From assembly GCA_965649825.1 (NCBI GenBank), contig OZ287715.1, forward strand, positions 62,001 through 126,000: a DNA stretch of 64,000 nt. Reading direction: 5' to 3'. The notes under the pieces are model-generated. The model made no database searches, was not told the DNA's origin, and was given only the letters and a program-made list of their open reading frames with translations. The first letter of the stretch is position 1, and each line of letters begins with the position of its first letter. The DNA comes from Penicillus capitatus (Eukaryota; Plantae; Chlorophyta). The position numbers and the translations under genes were made by a program. This document shows positions 1 to 12,200 of this stretch, one piece after another.

Positions 1-75
1 CGTTTAATCTGTGTTGTACTGTCAAGCGTATGTCGTGCATAGAATGCCTATGATGCTAAGTAAGACTCTCGCTGT

Positions 76-2827
76 CTATAGTGGTAGCAGATCTTCTCCC
101 AGTGCCCCGTGTCCCCAATCGTCGACATGAGATGGCACAGTTGTCGTCTTTGGCTGAAAGGGAAGAGGGGTTTCGTAGCTGATCGCATGGGAGACATGGA
201 AGAGGTCAGATGATGGCTTGGCAGAAGGGCCGTTCGTTGTTGCCGTCAGATTGCTCTCAGCCTGTCGCAGCTTCTCTTCAAATCCTGCTATCCTGTGTGG
301 ACTGCCAACGTCCTCGCATAGAGAAACGAGAAATCGCAGACATTCGACGCTGTCCGGATGCGATCGGTGAATACGTTCATACTCGTCGAATGCCTGATAC
401 AATAGCCCGGCTCTCCTACACAAGCACGATCGGATTTGTGATGCGATGTCTTTTGTGATGGACCTGTAGCAGCTAGCCACCATGAGACTCCATTTGATTT
501 CGTTCGGCTCCATCTTGGATGCCAGTTTGAAGTACTCAGACGCCTTTTCGTACAACTCGCTATTGACATAGAATGCTGCTAGCCAACAGAGAACTTCCAT
601 GTTGGCAGGAAAGGCTAGATAGGATTCCTGGTAGTGATGTACGGCCTTGGCCTCGTCTCCAAGTCTGAGACAGCCTTCCTCAAAGACTTTGCTGCAGAAG
701 AAGAGATCTCACGCAAAGTAAAGGCCTCCGAGTTTTGACAAGACGCCAGCGTCTTCGGGAATCAGACTGTGCAGTATCTCAAACCATTTCGCCGCTTCTT
801 CCAAGCGCTGATCGAGTTCACAGATGTGGCCAATCTGCCGCCGCCATAAGAGGCGCTGCCGAGAAAGCACCTAAGGAATCGAAGGGCAGAACCTGATAAA
901 TAGCTTCTGCGTATTCTGGCAGGGCAGAATGCACCCGACGAAATGCACGCTCCGCTGCTTGGAGACAATCGGTAGCTTGCTGCTGCGTGTCCTTTTCCTC
1001 CATTGCCCTTCTCTTATTCACCAATCTATATTGACCTCTCTGTCAGATCCGCAAAGAACGGCATGGTTTATGTGGTTGACCCTTGATTGTACAGAGCTTC
1101 CACGTTTTCCGGGTCAAACCGTAGAGCCTCTTCGTAGCAGTCCTGCGCCCGAGTGAGCTCGTCGTTCAGGAGAGACACGTTGCCTTTGTTGATCCAGTTT
1201 CCTGATTCGTATCTGTCGAGTGTCGTCGACACGTGCGCATACTCTGCAGCGGGACGGAATGCGCCCTTCAAGCAATGCAGGTAAGCAAGACGCTTTGCAA
1301 CGGCGTGTTTTTGGTTGGGCGCCCTCTTCTCGACATCCTAAACATAAAACCGTGCAGACGTCCATCTCTCTTGCTAGAGACATTGCCTCGTAGATCTGAA
1401 TCGCTTGCGCAAAGTGTCGTTCCGAGACAAGGGCATCGGCTTTCGAAAGGAGAACCTCATGGACCGTCTCGGTGTATCCATGGCGGCGCAGTTCCTCGAT
1501 GCACCAATCGTAGGACGAAACGAGATTCTGATCGCCATCTGCCCCAACGAGCAGTTCCACGCAGTCGACCAAGAGCCTGATAGAAAGGACATCGTTACCC
1601 AAGTCCGTCAGAGGAATGCGAATTCAGTAGACCTGCTGCTGTCCGAAGAAGACAGTGTTTCCGCTTTAAACGCGTCTTCGTCGCACGTCATTACTGTCAA
1701 CGCTTTCGTAAAAAGCCGTCGCATTGACTCGATGTCTTTCAGTTTGGCATAGCAGAGCATCAAATCGCCCAGCACCTAAGTCGACGATCACGAAAACGGC
1801 GCCTGTGTGGGATGAGCGATGTCTCACCTGTGCATCCACGATATCCTGTTCGGCCAGTCGTTCATATTGCTCTACTGCATTCTTTATTCTGTCCATTTTC
1901 AACAAGACGACGCACACATTCTTCGAGATCTTGTTCTTTAGACTCCTCTGCGACTCTGGGATCTACACATATACCATAACACCTTTAACTGCTCAATCGC
2001 CATACACGTGTTGGTTTTTACCTTGTCTAGGGCCATTCGATACATCTTGAGCGCTTTGGCGTAATCTCTTCGTTTGAAGTATAAGTTTCCCAGGTTCAAA
2101 CGAAAACGGCCTGTATCGCCGCAGCGTTTGTCACCGATTAGACGCAGGTACGTCTCTTCGGCTTCCGCTTCCAGTTCATTGTGTTCGAGAGCCGCAGCAA
2201 GGGTGAGCAGAACAGATGTGTGGAGTTCGGGACAGGTGTCCTCGTCTCCTGCTTGCAGCAACCAGAGAAGTGCATCGCACTCTTCTGCCTCCCTCGCCAT
2301 CTGCAGTCCTGTCGAAAAGGAGCAACGACTCTTTCAGTCTGCCGGAAAACGCAGAGCCACCGGCGACAGCATCTTTCGTGGAGAGTTTTTCGGCGGCTTT
2401 GTCGATCAGGTCATGAATGCGCAATTCCGTCTCGCGTATTCTGTCTTCTCGTTGTGCGTTTTCGGACTTGTCGGAATCTCTGTCCTGCACAGTCATACCC
2501 TTTTTACTCGATATATCTGTCGTTCTTTCACACCAGATACCCTTCTTTCATTGGATTCTGGCATCGTCTTTTTGTCGGATGTGTATCCGGCTCCCTTGTA
2601 AGATGTCATCGGTCTGTCACCTGACGTTGCTGCCGTTTTCATGCGCCGCGCTGCCATGTGGAAGAAAATAGGCATGAGTTTTGATCGAGGGGTTAAAGGA
2701 GGGGACCTGAACTCGGAGGACGCGGATAGATCGACGGTGTGGCTGACCGTCGTACCATGGCATCACCCGACGATGTCCGCCGTCCGGCAGAGGTCGATGA
2801 CGTCTGTCTGTCTAAGCAAACATTCAT
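76..2827 (-). CDS. IFT88: Intraflagellar transport protein 88 (TPR protein), multi-exon; start codon uncertain
   Basis: Spliced exons give RPMTSYKGAGYTS, GRFRLNLGNLYFKRRDYAKALKMYRMALD, ANMEVLCWLAAFYVNSELYEKA...KWSLMVASCYR and the C-terminal DDWGHGALGEDLLPL, matching remembered IFT88 motifs (Chlamydomonas ends DDWGNEQLGDDLLPM). Short introns restore the frame. Confidence 0.95.
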
Positions 2828-3609
2828 GAAAAGACACTAAAGGTGTATGTTCTCGCCTGGAGTTCGGCCGGCGCATGTCTGAACTCGATGAACGAGAAGT
2901 CATTGCGCATCCTCCGGCTGTCCCGCGACTGCTGGTCGTCTGGGAAACAGCCCAGTACATAGTGAGTGATGTGACGCGTGTGTGTGTTTTACCTCTGAAC
3001 TGCTCATTGTCTATGAGTTTGGCAGAGACGCGTGGTCGTTGCAGGACGCTACTGGTTGTGGTAAAATAGTTGACTTTCTTGAACAGTAAAGATGCTACAA
3101 AAGATGCGTCAGAATGTGAACAGAATTCAGCGATGGCGGTCGATTTTCGCGGCTGAATGATTTTGCTAGACTCAGCGATCTTGCACACAGCGAAAAAAAA
3201 TCTTTTCCCTAGCTGATCATTTCCTTGTGCGTCGTGATAGGAAGAGCAGCCAATGCACAGAGAACATTCTTCCAATGGAAAATGGTTTATGTCTTTGCGT
3301 TTCTCATTTTTCGAGCAGTTGATCGTCATGACTACATTTTTAACTGCGTGCGTGTATTTGCGATGTAGAGGCGAGTCGATCGAAAAAGAGAGGTTCATTA
3401 CAGCAAGTCTATCGCAACCTGACTGGATCAATCTTTGTGAGTAGACAAACGGACATTTAAAGAAGACCTAGAAAACGTTGCTGCGATTTGACAAACATGT
3501 GTAATGTCTTGATTGACGATAGATAACTTCATTTGACTGTGTGGAAGACCCTTGTTTAAAAAGACACGTTTAATGCCGCATTCCATCCCGTAACTCCTTC
3601 AGTTGGCGC

Positions 3610-5770
3610 CTAATCGGCAGAGTTTTGCACGCTGGTGTCCGTCGGTGCACGAACGCGTGTGAACTCAGGGGACGGACGCGATCCTATTTCATGGCTGTCT
3701 TGCCATTTCACGTCATCGATATCATAGTCATCGACATCATCCAAAAAATCCACTGTGAACAAATCCTCCTCCACTGACGCTGGAGCCACAGCACTTCCGT
3801 AACCCTCAGGCACAACTATCTCGTCATCTAAGTCACAGAAAACACCTCCCCTTTGTCAATTGCTCTCTCGTTTTCTGGATCTTCTTTGTTACTTGTAGCT
3901 TCCAAAGATACCTCCAGGCAAGCATGCTCATCCGCAGCTTGCGTGCATTCTTCACTCTTCTTCAAGAAATCATCCAGGATGTCGCTCGTCGCGAGTGCAT
4001 ACTCCACTTGTCCTCTGTATGCGACGGAACACGTCTCTACAGGAACATGCTTACGGAAAGCGCTGTCACATCGATTGTCGACCCGAAACATCGTCGTAGA
4101 AGCATCTTGCTTGCTCGGCACAGTCCTCTTTGTCTTCGAGATCCACGCATCCGTACTCGACATTCAACACAAAGTACTGGCACACTGGATCCTTCTCTTT
4201 GCGAAGGAGACGGTATTTCTCTTTCTCGATCCAACTCGATGACAGATCACATTGCTTGACCGAATCTGACCACAGACAAGCGTCTTTTTCTGAACATGAA
4301 AAGGCATCTATCCTGCTGCCGTGCATTTAAAACAGGAGACGAACTTTCACAGTCTTTTTGTACGTAGGTGTGCTGGCAGTCCGTTCTGTTCATCTCGAAG
4401 GTTCTGGCGTCGGGGTTTTCAATAGATTTGGCAAAGGCCTTGTAAAAAAGTTGCTGTTGGCAGGTGGAAGGAGGCGACGCTTACCATCTCGCTTTGGCGG
4501 AAAGCAGGCACGAGCGCCTCGCTGTTTTGGCCACAGGACTGTTGGGCATCCGCCGGGTTTAGCACACAGTATGCATCCGTCTCGCATTCGGAAGCATTGT
4601 TCGCCGACGGGTACTTATATAAACAATACCTTCCATACGTAATAATCGGCGTCAAAGCCTCGACATAGTTGCAAACCTGCACAGAGATCACAAGAGTGCG
4701 TGGGATGGGAGGATAAGAGGACTGACCGCTTGTTTCAAGGAAGGACAGTCGAATGGAGGAGGATCCCAATCGAGCAGATCATTCCACTCCTCGATCACAC
4801 CCGTCTCACGAGCTGACTCTATGGCTGCATCAATCTCCGAGGTTCTCGCCTCGATGCCCTGATCGCAACAGTATCGTCGAAGACGCGTCTATACGAACAG
4901 ACCATACCTCTGGGGTGCCTTCAGGAAACATGCCTTGGGTTTTCACGTCGAAAAAGAAATACCATTTGTCAAAGCTGCACTGATCATCATACCTAAAAGC
5001 GATCATTTGAGAAGGCGGTAGACAGTGGAACAATACACGGACCAGTAGCAACGATCGTCGGCAGCGCAATCGTCTTCCGAAGATTTTGAGCGGCACTCAG
5101 CCGCCACCGTCGTTCTTTCCACGATGTGTCTCACTTTATCGAGACATGTCACCGAACGGAATTCTTGTTCTGTTTTGAATGACAGAGTGCAATAACTGTT
5201 GTCCCTGGAAAGGCATCTAACTGAACAGCCAGGCACCAAATAGAATGACATACCAGCGGCAATCCAATGCCTCACAGTAATCCTTATCGGTAACTTGACG
5301 GCATTCCTAAGCACCGTGCATTCCTTAAGACATGGCGACAAGTAATACGGGAGCTGTACCAGTGTCTTATACACGTGGTCCGCAATGGAATTGTCTGCAG
5401 TTTTGAGGTAGGCTTTCGCTGTTTCTCCTGATAGCCCGCACAAATCTCTGTCGTTTATCCAGACACAGGCACCGTCATGCTCTTCTTGCTTGAGAGCCCG
5501 ACGCTGAACGATGTCTCGGGACTAGGAACGGAGAAGTGCCGTTTGGGCAACGTACAATGTCGAAAGACGCGATCTCGACGCACAAGGGCGTGCGTAGCTT
5601 ACGTTGAGCGACCATGCCGTGTCGGAGAGACCGGGTTCGACAGCCGGAGGCAAAATGCGTCGTCGTAGGGAAGCAAGTAGGTCCTGCACGTTCTTCGTCG
5701 TCAGACTGCTTTGAGCAACGGCGGTGTGTAGAAACAAAAGCAGGACGAGGGAACGACGACAGGTGAACAT
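3610..5770 (-). CDS. Secreted-type Cys-rich repeat pre-pro-protein, paralog A (unknown family), acidic C-terminal tail
   Basis: Signal-peptide-like N-terminus (MFTCRRSLVLLLFLHTAVAQ), RRALK motif, repeated C-x8-C-x4/5-C-x-W-x(4-6)-C modules, and exon-by-exon similarity to the genes at 26.7-29.1 kb and 49.5-51.4 kb. The 5' exons and last splice are only approximately resolved. Confidence 0.75.
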
Positions 5771-6049
5771 CGTGAGAGGCTTGCGGAAAAACACAATACC
5801 CACACGACGGTCACTCTAACCTCTTCCTTAACGAAATTTATGCGCTTCTGTGGTACATTACGCGTTGCCAGCTGTCCGGTCGAACGCAGACTGAAGCTGT
5901 TTGCGAATGTAACGCGTTATTTCATGGCAATTGCCTGGCAGCGGTGGGCGAGAAGGTCCATTGCGGAGAAACGCAATGCTCATCAACAATCAACGCGTCA
6001 CTCACCCCGTCGTCTTTCGAAAAGAACAGGAAACGTTTATGGCGTCGGT

Positions 6050-7843
6050 CTAAACTTCCCACACCAGAGTCAGCAAGGAGTCATGCACACCAGCAGATTC
6101 CAACGTTTCGGCTAGACATTCGAGAAACTGTAAACCTGTCGAACAAACAAACATATACACGTCGTGTAGAACAGAAAGAGTGAGATCGTGGATGACCTGG
6201 AATGCGCGGTTTCAATTTGTAAGGCTTCGATCTCTCCTCGCCGATCTCCGAGTTGCAGAAAGCATAAAGACCCTGAAGCCATCGATCGGGTCAGACAGAC
6301 GACGTCAGTTCTTATACCGACCTCGACGGTGTCGTGTTTGTAGAAGCGTCTCTGTAGACGCCGTCCGTCTGGAAGAAGGATGCCGACAATACAGGTATCC
6401 TCTCCTGTTGTCGGAGGTGGCGGCGGGACGACAGGTTGCTCGGTGATAGGCGTCGAGCACTTCTCTTCATCGCTTAGTTGTACGTGTCGTGTCGTCTCTT
6501 GTCCTTCTTCGATTTCTTCCTCATCTGACGCCATGAAATCGTCGGCCGCGTATAGCACGTCCTCTTCTTCTGTGAAGACAAGGAATGCGTCGATCTGTAT
6601 TTGCGTCAGGTGTATTCGATTGGCTCTCGCCTCTCTTTCTTTCGGCGTTGTCTTCTGTGAGGGCATCGGCGGTCTCCTTCTCCGCTTCTTCCTCTTTTCC
6701 GGCGTTGTGATGCCGTCTGACCAGTCGACTGGCTGTCCCATCGGTAGGATGGCAGTCCATAAATTCCACCAGATCTTCGATCAACCTACGCGTGACCACC
6801 ACCCATCGTTCATTTCTCATGTACCAGCAACGGTTAGAGACCGATTGGCCTCGACAAATCCGGTGAAGCAGCGCATAAGTTCGCCTGTGATTGGATCAAT
6901 GACCAACACACAGGGGAAGCTCTTCAGCTTGTAAAAACTCGTCAACTTCCGTCCACTAATGCCATCGTTGTATGTCTGCAGGAAAATGAAATTGGCCTTG
7001 ATCATCTCTTTCAAAGCATTGTTTGAGAAGGTATCACGGTTCAGTTCATGAGAAGCGAACTCATTGGCCGATTGAATATTCACCATCTGTACGGCAGGCA
7101 GTCCATTTTGGAGGATCGTGTAAGAATGGTGCGTTTACCAGCCAGGTGTCTTCCTTTGCTGCCTTCTCTTTGGCGTCATCAAATCCCTTGCGGTACAGAA
7201 TCTCGATGGGCGCTTTGTAGAGTCTCGCCAATCCCTGATGCACGAAACAGCGGATTTGATGTGACGTCTCTCCGACAGCAATGCCAGAGATGATGATACC
7301 GTCGTCCCTCCTTGTGCGTTCGGCCCGTGTTCATACTCTGCCAGCTCGGCTCTGTAAGCATCACACAATGTCTCACTCTTTTCTTGACACCATGCATTCC
7401 CATTGCATACGTGTGATTCCTGAAAGCTTCGTAGATTGGCTTCTGCTTTGTCTTTCGGTGGAACAAATGGTCATATTGTGTATTTTGGTCAACGAGTCTC
7501 TCGTATTTTGAAGGCAGAGGCGGACGCACATCTTCGTCCTCTTCCTCTTCGGCCGCGACAGACGTACTTGCTCTAAACGCTCTTTCTAAGGAGATGGGAT
7601 CAATGACGGAGGGCATTCTCACCCGGCGTCACTCGGTTCTGCCGCGAGCTGCTGGGCATAGAACAGATGGACGGCTTCAGACAAATCCCAGTTTGCTGTC
7701 TATCGTCAAAACTCCTGAGCGCGTTCCGGACCGACCCGGAGACTCACATCCAAGTAGCTGAGTGCCTTGTCTTCGTCGGACGTTCCCGTGAAATTGAGAA
7801 ATTCGTGGATGAGCTTGCGACGCTGGTCGGTGCTGTTCTGCAT
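6050..7843 (-). CDS. UBA-UAS-UBX domain p97/CDC48 adaptor (UBXN7/PUX7-like)
   Basis: N-terminal UBA-like LIHEFLNFTGTSDEDKALSYLDTANWDLSEAVHLFY; UAS domain WLMVNIQSANEFASHELNRDTFS...FPCVLVIDPITGE; UBX domain IVGILLPDGRRLQRRF. GT-AG introns join the exons in frame to TAG at 6050. Confidence 0.9.
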
Positions 7844-7896
7844 CGTGGCGACACACGAACGTAATTCGCGAAGGAATTGCTAAGATTGAATCGTCG

Positions 7897-8562
7897 ATGT
7901 CTCCCCCAAATGACGATGTCGTCATCGATGTCTCCTACCAATCAATGATCAGACCTCAGTCAGCCGCTCTTTATGCCTATTGTTATTGCTCATACATATC
8001 GCATCACACATAACTGTCTCCTGCTTTATCGTTGAGCATCAGGTTCATTCACGAATTGGCGGAATCTATGGCTGTGCATACGGGCAATGCACGCGATGCG
8101 TTTAGGACGATCGCGTTGTTAAGGCCATTGACCTGTTCAAGATTCCTTCCACATCTTCTAGTTCATGTTCCCTGCGAAACAGTCCCATCACTCAAACGGA
8201 TGACGCACACAGGTACGTGCCAGTCTCGAATGCTGCGTTCGATGCGGTCTTGTTCTGCATGGAAGCTGAGAAGCAGAGTGCGTTGCTCGGGCGTCAGCTC
8301 TGGCAGACAACTATCCAACAGCAGGGCGTGATGAGGAGGCGAAGCGTGTTATGTGTGTACGTTCGCCAGTCGTCGTGGTCTGCGAAGAACCTCAACGCCC
8401 TTTGCTCGAAACTTGCCCACTTGATCCGTACACTCTCAAGGTTCGCACGCATATGCTCCACCTTCTACGCAGCATCCGACCGTTGGGCCGCACACGTCGA
8501 TCCCCCGCGAGACATAGTGACGCACGCGTTTCAATTCTTCCCATTTTAGCGCATCGGCATGA
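7897..8562 (+). CDS. Possible small multi-exon ORF of unknown function
   Basis: Several GT...AG segments (e.g. gtacgt...ggaag at about 8213-8265) can be joined into a ~120 aa ORF containing AEKQSALLGRQLWQTTIQQQGSSWSAKNLNALCSKLAHLIRTLS. No recognisable homology. Confidence 0.25.
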
Positions 8563-8666
8563 CGGCCGTCATCGAACAACCTTCCCATGGCTAAGAACAG
8601 AACTAGGACATGTCCTCTCAGATGACGGCATTTAACGCCTCCATCATTTCGCCGCGGAGAAGATCC

Positions 8667-11600
8667 ATGTCGAGTGGCGGTGGCCCTGATGCCTTCACCT
8701 TTGTTGTCGTTGCCTATGACCTGCCAGAACGTATCGAATCGGTCTGTCCATGGCAAGACCGCGTTTACGTCGGCCTCGCGGACGGTTCTCTCATCGTACT
8801 CGAGCCTGAATTCGAACTGCATGAGGATGGACCCTGGAGTGTGGAACGTCACATCAAAGGCGTGGGAAGGAAAGCGATCACACACATGGAACCAGCCCCA
8901 TCACTCTCTTCTCTGTTTGTGTTGTCCTCCTCTGGGCTTCAGCTGCTAAAACTCCCAGAGCTCGATGTCGTGCCTCAGGTGGGCAGTGTGCATAAGAGGA
9001 GAGGGTTTCTAGACGATGTTGTGCAGGTGGCCGTGCCTGGAAGTCTGTCTCGATTTGCTTGGAACGACGCCAAGGCGCTTCTCTGTGTGGTCGTTCGCAA
9101 GTCTCTCGTTTTCTATACACTGGAAGATATGTCGTTGATCGAGACGAACACTGTCGTCATTCCAGACACTCTGAAAATTATGGCATGGTGTGGAGACCGT
9201 CTCTGCTACGGTAGATATCTTATGCGAACAGAATGCAGAAGTATCTGACGACGTGTGTGCATTGCTTAGCCTCTCGTACACGTTATGTCTTTGTGGATTC
9301 GTCCACGGGGCAGTTAATGGAATCGATCGTCGTGGGACGCGGCAATCCTGTGATGACGCCCATTGCCAGCGACGAGATCTTGCTGACGAAGGACAACTGT
9401 GGGATGTATGTTCGTTCGGATGGAAGATTGGCTCGAAACGTGAACATCACATGGAGCCAGTTCCCGTTGGGCGTTGTGCTCTGCGAGCCATTTGTGGTCG
9501 GCGTGCTCGATAACTTCATGGAGGTGCGCAACGTCAGTCCGACAGCACGTCAATGTGTGATTCAAATGTTCAATGATGTCGATCGCATCAATTTGACATC
9601 GCTCTTCTTGGGGAAAGACGGCAGCATCTTCATGGCTTCCCGCGACAGACGCACCGTATGGTTATCTTTGTGTGAGAACTGAGTGGAAAAGAGTGAGATG
9701 ATCAGGTCTGTCGACTGAATCCGGTTCCGTTACGTCAGCAGATCGACACGCTCATCCGAATGAAAGAATTTCAAGATGCGTTGCAAGTCGTGGATTTGCT
9801 GGAGGATGAGGATCGTACCGCAAAGGAAGATGACATTCGCGTGTCGTACGGAATCGATCTGTTCACAAACAAGGAATACAACGAAGGCCTCATGCAGTTC
9901 ATGATGCGATCACAACGCACTCCCCTTCTGCTCCTAAAGTACTAAAATCTCTTCTCCGTGCGATGTTCGCTTGGCTAGAGAGCTGTGTTGGTGGATGCAG
10001 ACTGTTTCCATCTTTGTTGCCGAAGCAGATGCTTGAGAGTTTCCCCTCTCCTGTTCCAGAGATGTATTTCAGAGACTATGAAGAACCAGAAGGGGAGGAT
10101 TATGCTCTGGCTGTATCAGGTCTTCTGCCGCTGCTATTGGCAGATCGGACGCGTCTGGCATCCAGAAAACGCGATGACATGGAAGAGGAGGAACAGGAAA
10201 GACAGCAGGAGGCCTTAAATCTCGAATCGATCGCCGAAAGTCAGGAGCTCTCAGATGATATCGGTGTGATGGAACGAGGACCACCGAAGGAAATGGTACA
10301 GCGAAGCACCTCGCGTATGGAATCGCGAGCAAAGCGAACGAAACTTGCTGTGCTGGTCGATACGGCCATCATGAAAGCGATGTTGGTATGCCCCGATTCT
10401 GGCGCTCTGCTTCAGTTTGTGAAGAATGAAAATTCGATCGATCTCGTGGAAGGAGAAAGATCTCTGAAACCCGCAGGTGATTGTTTCCGCGGTCACTCTT
10501 TTTGGCAGAAGAGTGAGGTCACCCTGTTTCAGGGAGATATTTTGAGCTTTCGGCCTTGTATCAATCGAATGGACTGCATGACATGGGGCTCGAGATTCTG
10601 AGACTTGTCAGCCTTGACCCAGAAAAACTAGAGTACCCTCCAAGAGGAGCTGCATCCGACTTGCGTGGAGTGACAGGCGTCTGGGCAGCCGTTCAATACC
10701 TCTCCAAACTCACCGGTGTGCTCTTCTGCACGTCAGACATTATCTTGATCAGAAAATGGTGATCAGTGGAGGACAGCGCGGTGATACAGAAGCACTCGAG
10801 TTGGGTCCTGCGTCAAGATCCAGAAGCAGCTTTGGAAGTTTTTGTCGGTGCAGCCAAGCCTCTGCCGCCGACTGTTGTTTTGCCTATTCTCCACGAACAT
10901 GCGCCACAGTACCGTGCAGTGATCCCTCTTTTGTCCAGAAGAGGATAGACCTCTGACGCTAATGCCACAGGTGTACTTGGAAGCAATGTTGGAGACAGGA
11001 ACGGTGGAGAGAGAGGAGTATGACAAAACACTTGTACAGATTTATCTAGAAGAGGCACTGGTCAATGAAAAAGAACAAGGGGCACTGCATAACCTGGCCG
11101 CCAAGGTCGAATCCCTAAACATCTCTGTTCTGACAGCATCGCTGGGGGTGGATGCAGGTGGAACGCTACGATTTTGCTTCGATGAACGAGAAGAGCACAA
11201 AGAGACTGTTACAGAAAGATGCCGTTTTTCACGGAAGCAGTGAGCTGTTGTATGACGATGTTGCCAAAGCCCAGGAACAACCCGAAGTCATCCATCCACC
11301 CAAGCATTCCTTTCTCCTTCACTTGATCTGCCTTGTGCTGTAGTTTTCTGGATCGTTTGATCCGCCGACGCCATTGGAGTCCTACACTCGATTGAGGGAA
11401 CTGCTCATCGAATCGCCTTTCATCGATCCGGCCATTGTACTGGAGTCCATCCCCCAGGATCGTCTGTTGGAGCTTCGAGCCCTGTTGATGGAAAGGAAAC
11501 AGAGCTATCGCAGTGCACTGGCCGTCTACGTTCAACGACTGCACGATCTCACCCTTGCCGAAAAGCTCTGCGATCGCGTGTGGGATCGACAAAAGTCATC

Positions 11601-12147
11601 GTCTGTTGAGACGGGGCCCGTGAACGAGAGCTTCGATGTGTCTGAGCACACAGACAATGTCTATATGGATATGATCCGTATCTACCTGGAGCCTGAGAGA
11701 ATGACCAGTCATTCGATTCGAAAGCTCTCGGACGAACAATGGAGTGAGCTTTGTGTGTTGCTCTGTCGTAAGCGTTATCGCATTAACATCGAAGAAATGT
11801 TTCAGCTGTTGCCAGAAGATGTCGATCTCTGTGTTCTCATGCCATTTATTGAAGGCGCATTAAGGACATTGGCAGAACTACAGCGTAATCTCCTCATCAA
11901 GCACAGTCTCTATATGTCTGAGCATTTTCATCAAACGGAGCAGTTGATCCAATGCAATCAGAGAAACGTGCTGGTCACTTATGAAAGTGCTTGTAGCATA
12001 TGCCACAAACGCATTGGCAATGCTGTCTTTGTTGCCTATCCAGATGGTTCTTTGGCACATCTTGCATGCTATAATCATCAAAACAAGGCAGAAACTGGAT
12101 CACATACTGCCAAGACCCCCAAGCGCTATCACGTCCGCTGGGAATAA
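8667..12147 (+). CDS. VPS39: HOPS subunit Vps39/Vam6 (CNH domain, Vps39_1, clathrin-like repeat, Vps39_2)
   Basis: CNH start (IESVCPWQDRVYVGLADGSL), LVDTAIMKAML, ELSALYQSNGLHDMGLEIL, HSSWVLRQDPEAALEVF, and C-terminal CSICHKRIGNAVFVAYPDGSLAHLAC. About 8 short introns. Confidence 0.92.
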
Positions 12148-12200
12148 GCATGACGTTAGCCGAATTGAATTACACACAGAAAGTGTTCGTTTGCTGCTGT

